A stretch of DNA of 64,000 bases from Escherichia coli (GTDB lineage Bacteria > Pseudomonadota > Gammaproteobacteria > Enterobacterales > Enterobacteriaceae): NCBI RefSeq assembly GCF_044324785.1, contig NZ_CP172127.1. One strand, 5' to 3'. The position numbers were made by a program, and so were the translations under genes. Each line of letters opens with the position of its first letter. Position 1 is the first letter of the stretch. Below are positions 62,176-64,000 of the stretch, piece after piece. The notes beneath the pieces were generated by a model. The model was not told the DNA's origin. It ran no database searches and saw only the letters and a program-made list of their open reading frames with translations.

Positions 62176-62499
62176 ATGTCGATTACACTGAGCGACAGTG
62201 CAGCAGCGCGAGTAAATACCTTTCTGGCTAACCGCGGCAAAGGGTTTGGCCTGCGTCTGGGCGTGAGAACCTCCGGATGTTCAGGTATGGCTTATGTACT
62301 GGAATTTGTTGACGAACCGACGCCGGAAGACATCGTGTTTGAAGACAAAGGCGTGAAAGTCGTGGTCGATGGCAAAAGCCTGCAATTTCTGGACGGTACG
62401 CAGCTGGACTTCGTAAAAGAAGGCCTGAACGAAGGGTTTAAATTCACCAACCCGAACGTTAAAGATGAGTGTGGTTGCGGCGAAAGCTTCCACGTTTGA
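62176..62499 (+). CDS. iscA: Fe-S cluster carrier IscA, 107 aa
   Basis: ORF 62170..62499 (TTG); ATG 62176; C-terminal CGCGESF. Confidence 0.97.
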   Translation: MSITLSDSAAARVNTFLANRGKGFGLRLGVRTSGCSGMAYVLEFVDEPTPEDIVFEDKGVKVVVDGKSLQFLDGTQLDFVKEGLNEGFKFTNPNVKDECGCGESFHV

Positions 62500-62512
62500 T
62501 GCGCATACCGAT

Positions 62513-62550
62513 AACCCCACCGTGGTCGCCTGCGCGTGGGGTTTGTTTTA
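62513..62550 (+). terminator. Hairpin plus T-tract between iscA and hscB (partial terminator/attenuator)
   Basis: AACCCCAC...GTGGGGTT followed by TGTTTTA. Confidence 0.5.
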
Positions 62551-62594
62551 CCTGATTCGCCGTTATCGCGGCGGATCGCAGCCCTGAGAATGTT

Positions 62595-63110
62595 ATGGAT
62601 TACTTCACCCTCTTTGGCTTGCCTGCCCGTTATCAACTCGATACCCAGGCGCTGAGCCTGCGTTTTCAGGATCTACAACGTCAGTATCATCCTGATAAAT
62701 TCGCCAGCGGAAGCCAGGCGGAACAACTCGCCGCCGTACAGCAATCTGCAACCATTAACCAGGCCTGGCAAACGCTGCGTCATCCGTTAATGCGCGCGGA
62801 ATATTTGCTTTCTTTGCACGGTTTTGATCTCGCCAGCGAGCAGCATACTGTGCGCGACACCGCGTTCCTGATGGAACAGCTGGAGCTGCGCGAAGAACTG
62901 GACGAGATCGAACAGGCGAAAGATGAAGCGCGGCTGGAAAGCTTTATCAAACGTGTGAAAAAGATGTTTGATACCCGCCATCAGTTGATGGTTGAACAGT
63001 TAGACAACGAGACGTGGGACGCGGCGGCGGATACCGTGCGTAAGCTGCGTTTTCTCGATAAACTGCGAAGCAGTGCCGAACAACTCGAAGAAAAACTGCT
63101 CGATTTTTAA
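62595..63110 (+). CDS. hscB: Co-chaperone HscB (J-domain)
   Basis: 171 aa; J-domain HPD motif. Confidence 0.95.
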
Positions 63111-63126
63111 TTTCTGGAAGCTAAAC

Positions 63127-64000
63127 ATGGCCTTATTACAAATTAGTGAACCTGGTTTGAGTGCTGCGCCGCATCAGCGTCGTCTGGCGGCCGGTATCGA
63201 CCTGGGCACAACCAACTCGCTGGTGGCGACAGTGCGCAGCGGTCAGGCCGAAACGTTAGCCGACCATGAAGGCCGTCACCTGCTGCCGTCTGTTGTTCAC
63301 TATCAACAGCAAGGGCATTCGGTGGGTTATGACGCGCGTACTAACGCAGCGCTTGACACCGCCAACACCATTAGTTCTGTTAAACGCCTGATGGGGCGCT
63401 CGCTGGCTGATATCCAGCAACGCTATCCGCATCTGCCTTATCAATTCCAGGCCAGCGAAAACGGCCTGCCGATGATTGAAACGGCGGCGGGGCTGCTGAA
63501 CCCGGTGCGCGTTTCTGCGGACATCCTCAAAGCACTGGCGGCGCGGGCAACTGAAGCCCTGGCAGGCGAGCTGGATGGTGTCGTTATCACCGTTCCGGCG
63601 TACTTTGACGATGCCCAGCGTCAGGGCACCAAAGACGCGGCGCGTCTGGCGGGGTTGCATGTTCTGCGCTTACTTAACGAACCGACCGCTGCGGCTATCG
63701 CCTACGGGCTGGATTCCGGTCAGGAAGGCGTGATCGCCGTTTATGACCTCGGCGGCGGGACGTTTGATATTTCCATTCTGCGCTTAAGTCGCGGCGTGTT
63801 TGAAGTGCTGGCGACCGGCGGTGATTCTGCGCTCGGCGGCGATGATTTCGACCATCTGCTGGCGGATTACATTCGCGAGCAGGCGGGCATTCCTGATCGT
63901 AGCGATAACCGCGTTCAGCGTGAACTGCTGGATGCTGCCATTGCGGCCAAAATCGCGCTGAGCGATGCGGACTCCGTGACCGTTAACGTTGCGGGCTGGC
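63127..64000 (+). CDS. hscA: Hsp70-type chaperone HscA, N-terminal ~291 codons; 3' end beyond window
   Basis: ATG 63127 ([31 protein letters not shown]...); Hsp70 ATPase motifs DLGGGTFD; open to window end so absent from ORF track. Confidence 0.9.

Overview
This window is a conserved Escherichia coli core-chromosome block (K-12-like gene order from patZ/yfiP through trxC, ung, grcA, srmB, nadB, rpoE-rseABC, lepAB, rnc-era-recO-pdxJ-acpS, purL, glrK-qseG-glrR, glnB, hmp, glyA, the yphHGFEDCBA locus, hcaTR/hcaEFCBD, csiE, suhB, trmJ and iscRSUA-hscBA), in reverse orientation relative to the usual K-12 numbering. Identifications rest on reading the ORF-track translations and the DNA directly and on recalled knowledge of these families; no database search was run. 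I found no tRNA, rRNA, CRISPR array, IS element, integrase or phage-like gene, and no ORF that falls outside this known synteny, so I see no evidence of a new defence or mobile system here. The most unusual observation is a single in-frame TGA that interrupts the ABC ATPase gene yphE, in an otherwise intact and still uncharacterised sugar-transporter-like locus. Several elements that ORF-based annotation misses are also visible: the 26-codon type I toxin shoB with an antisense partner (OhsC) inferred from a 19-nt match, the GlmY sRNA with its overlapping sigma54/sigma70 promoter and three GlrR sites, the 51-codon rseD leader ORF overlapping the rpoE start, and the rnc leader stem-loop. Most ORF-track entries longer than the true genes are N-terminal over-extensions, and many others are antisense shadow ORFs inside real genes.
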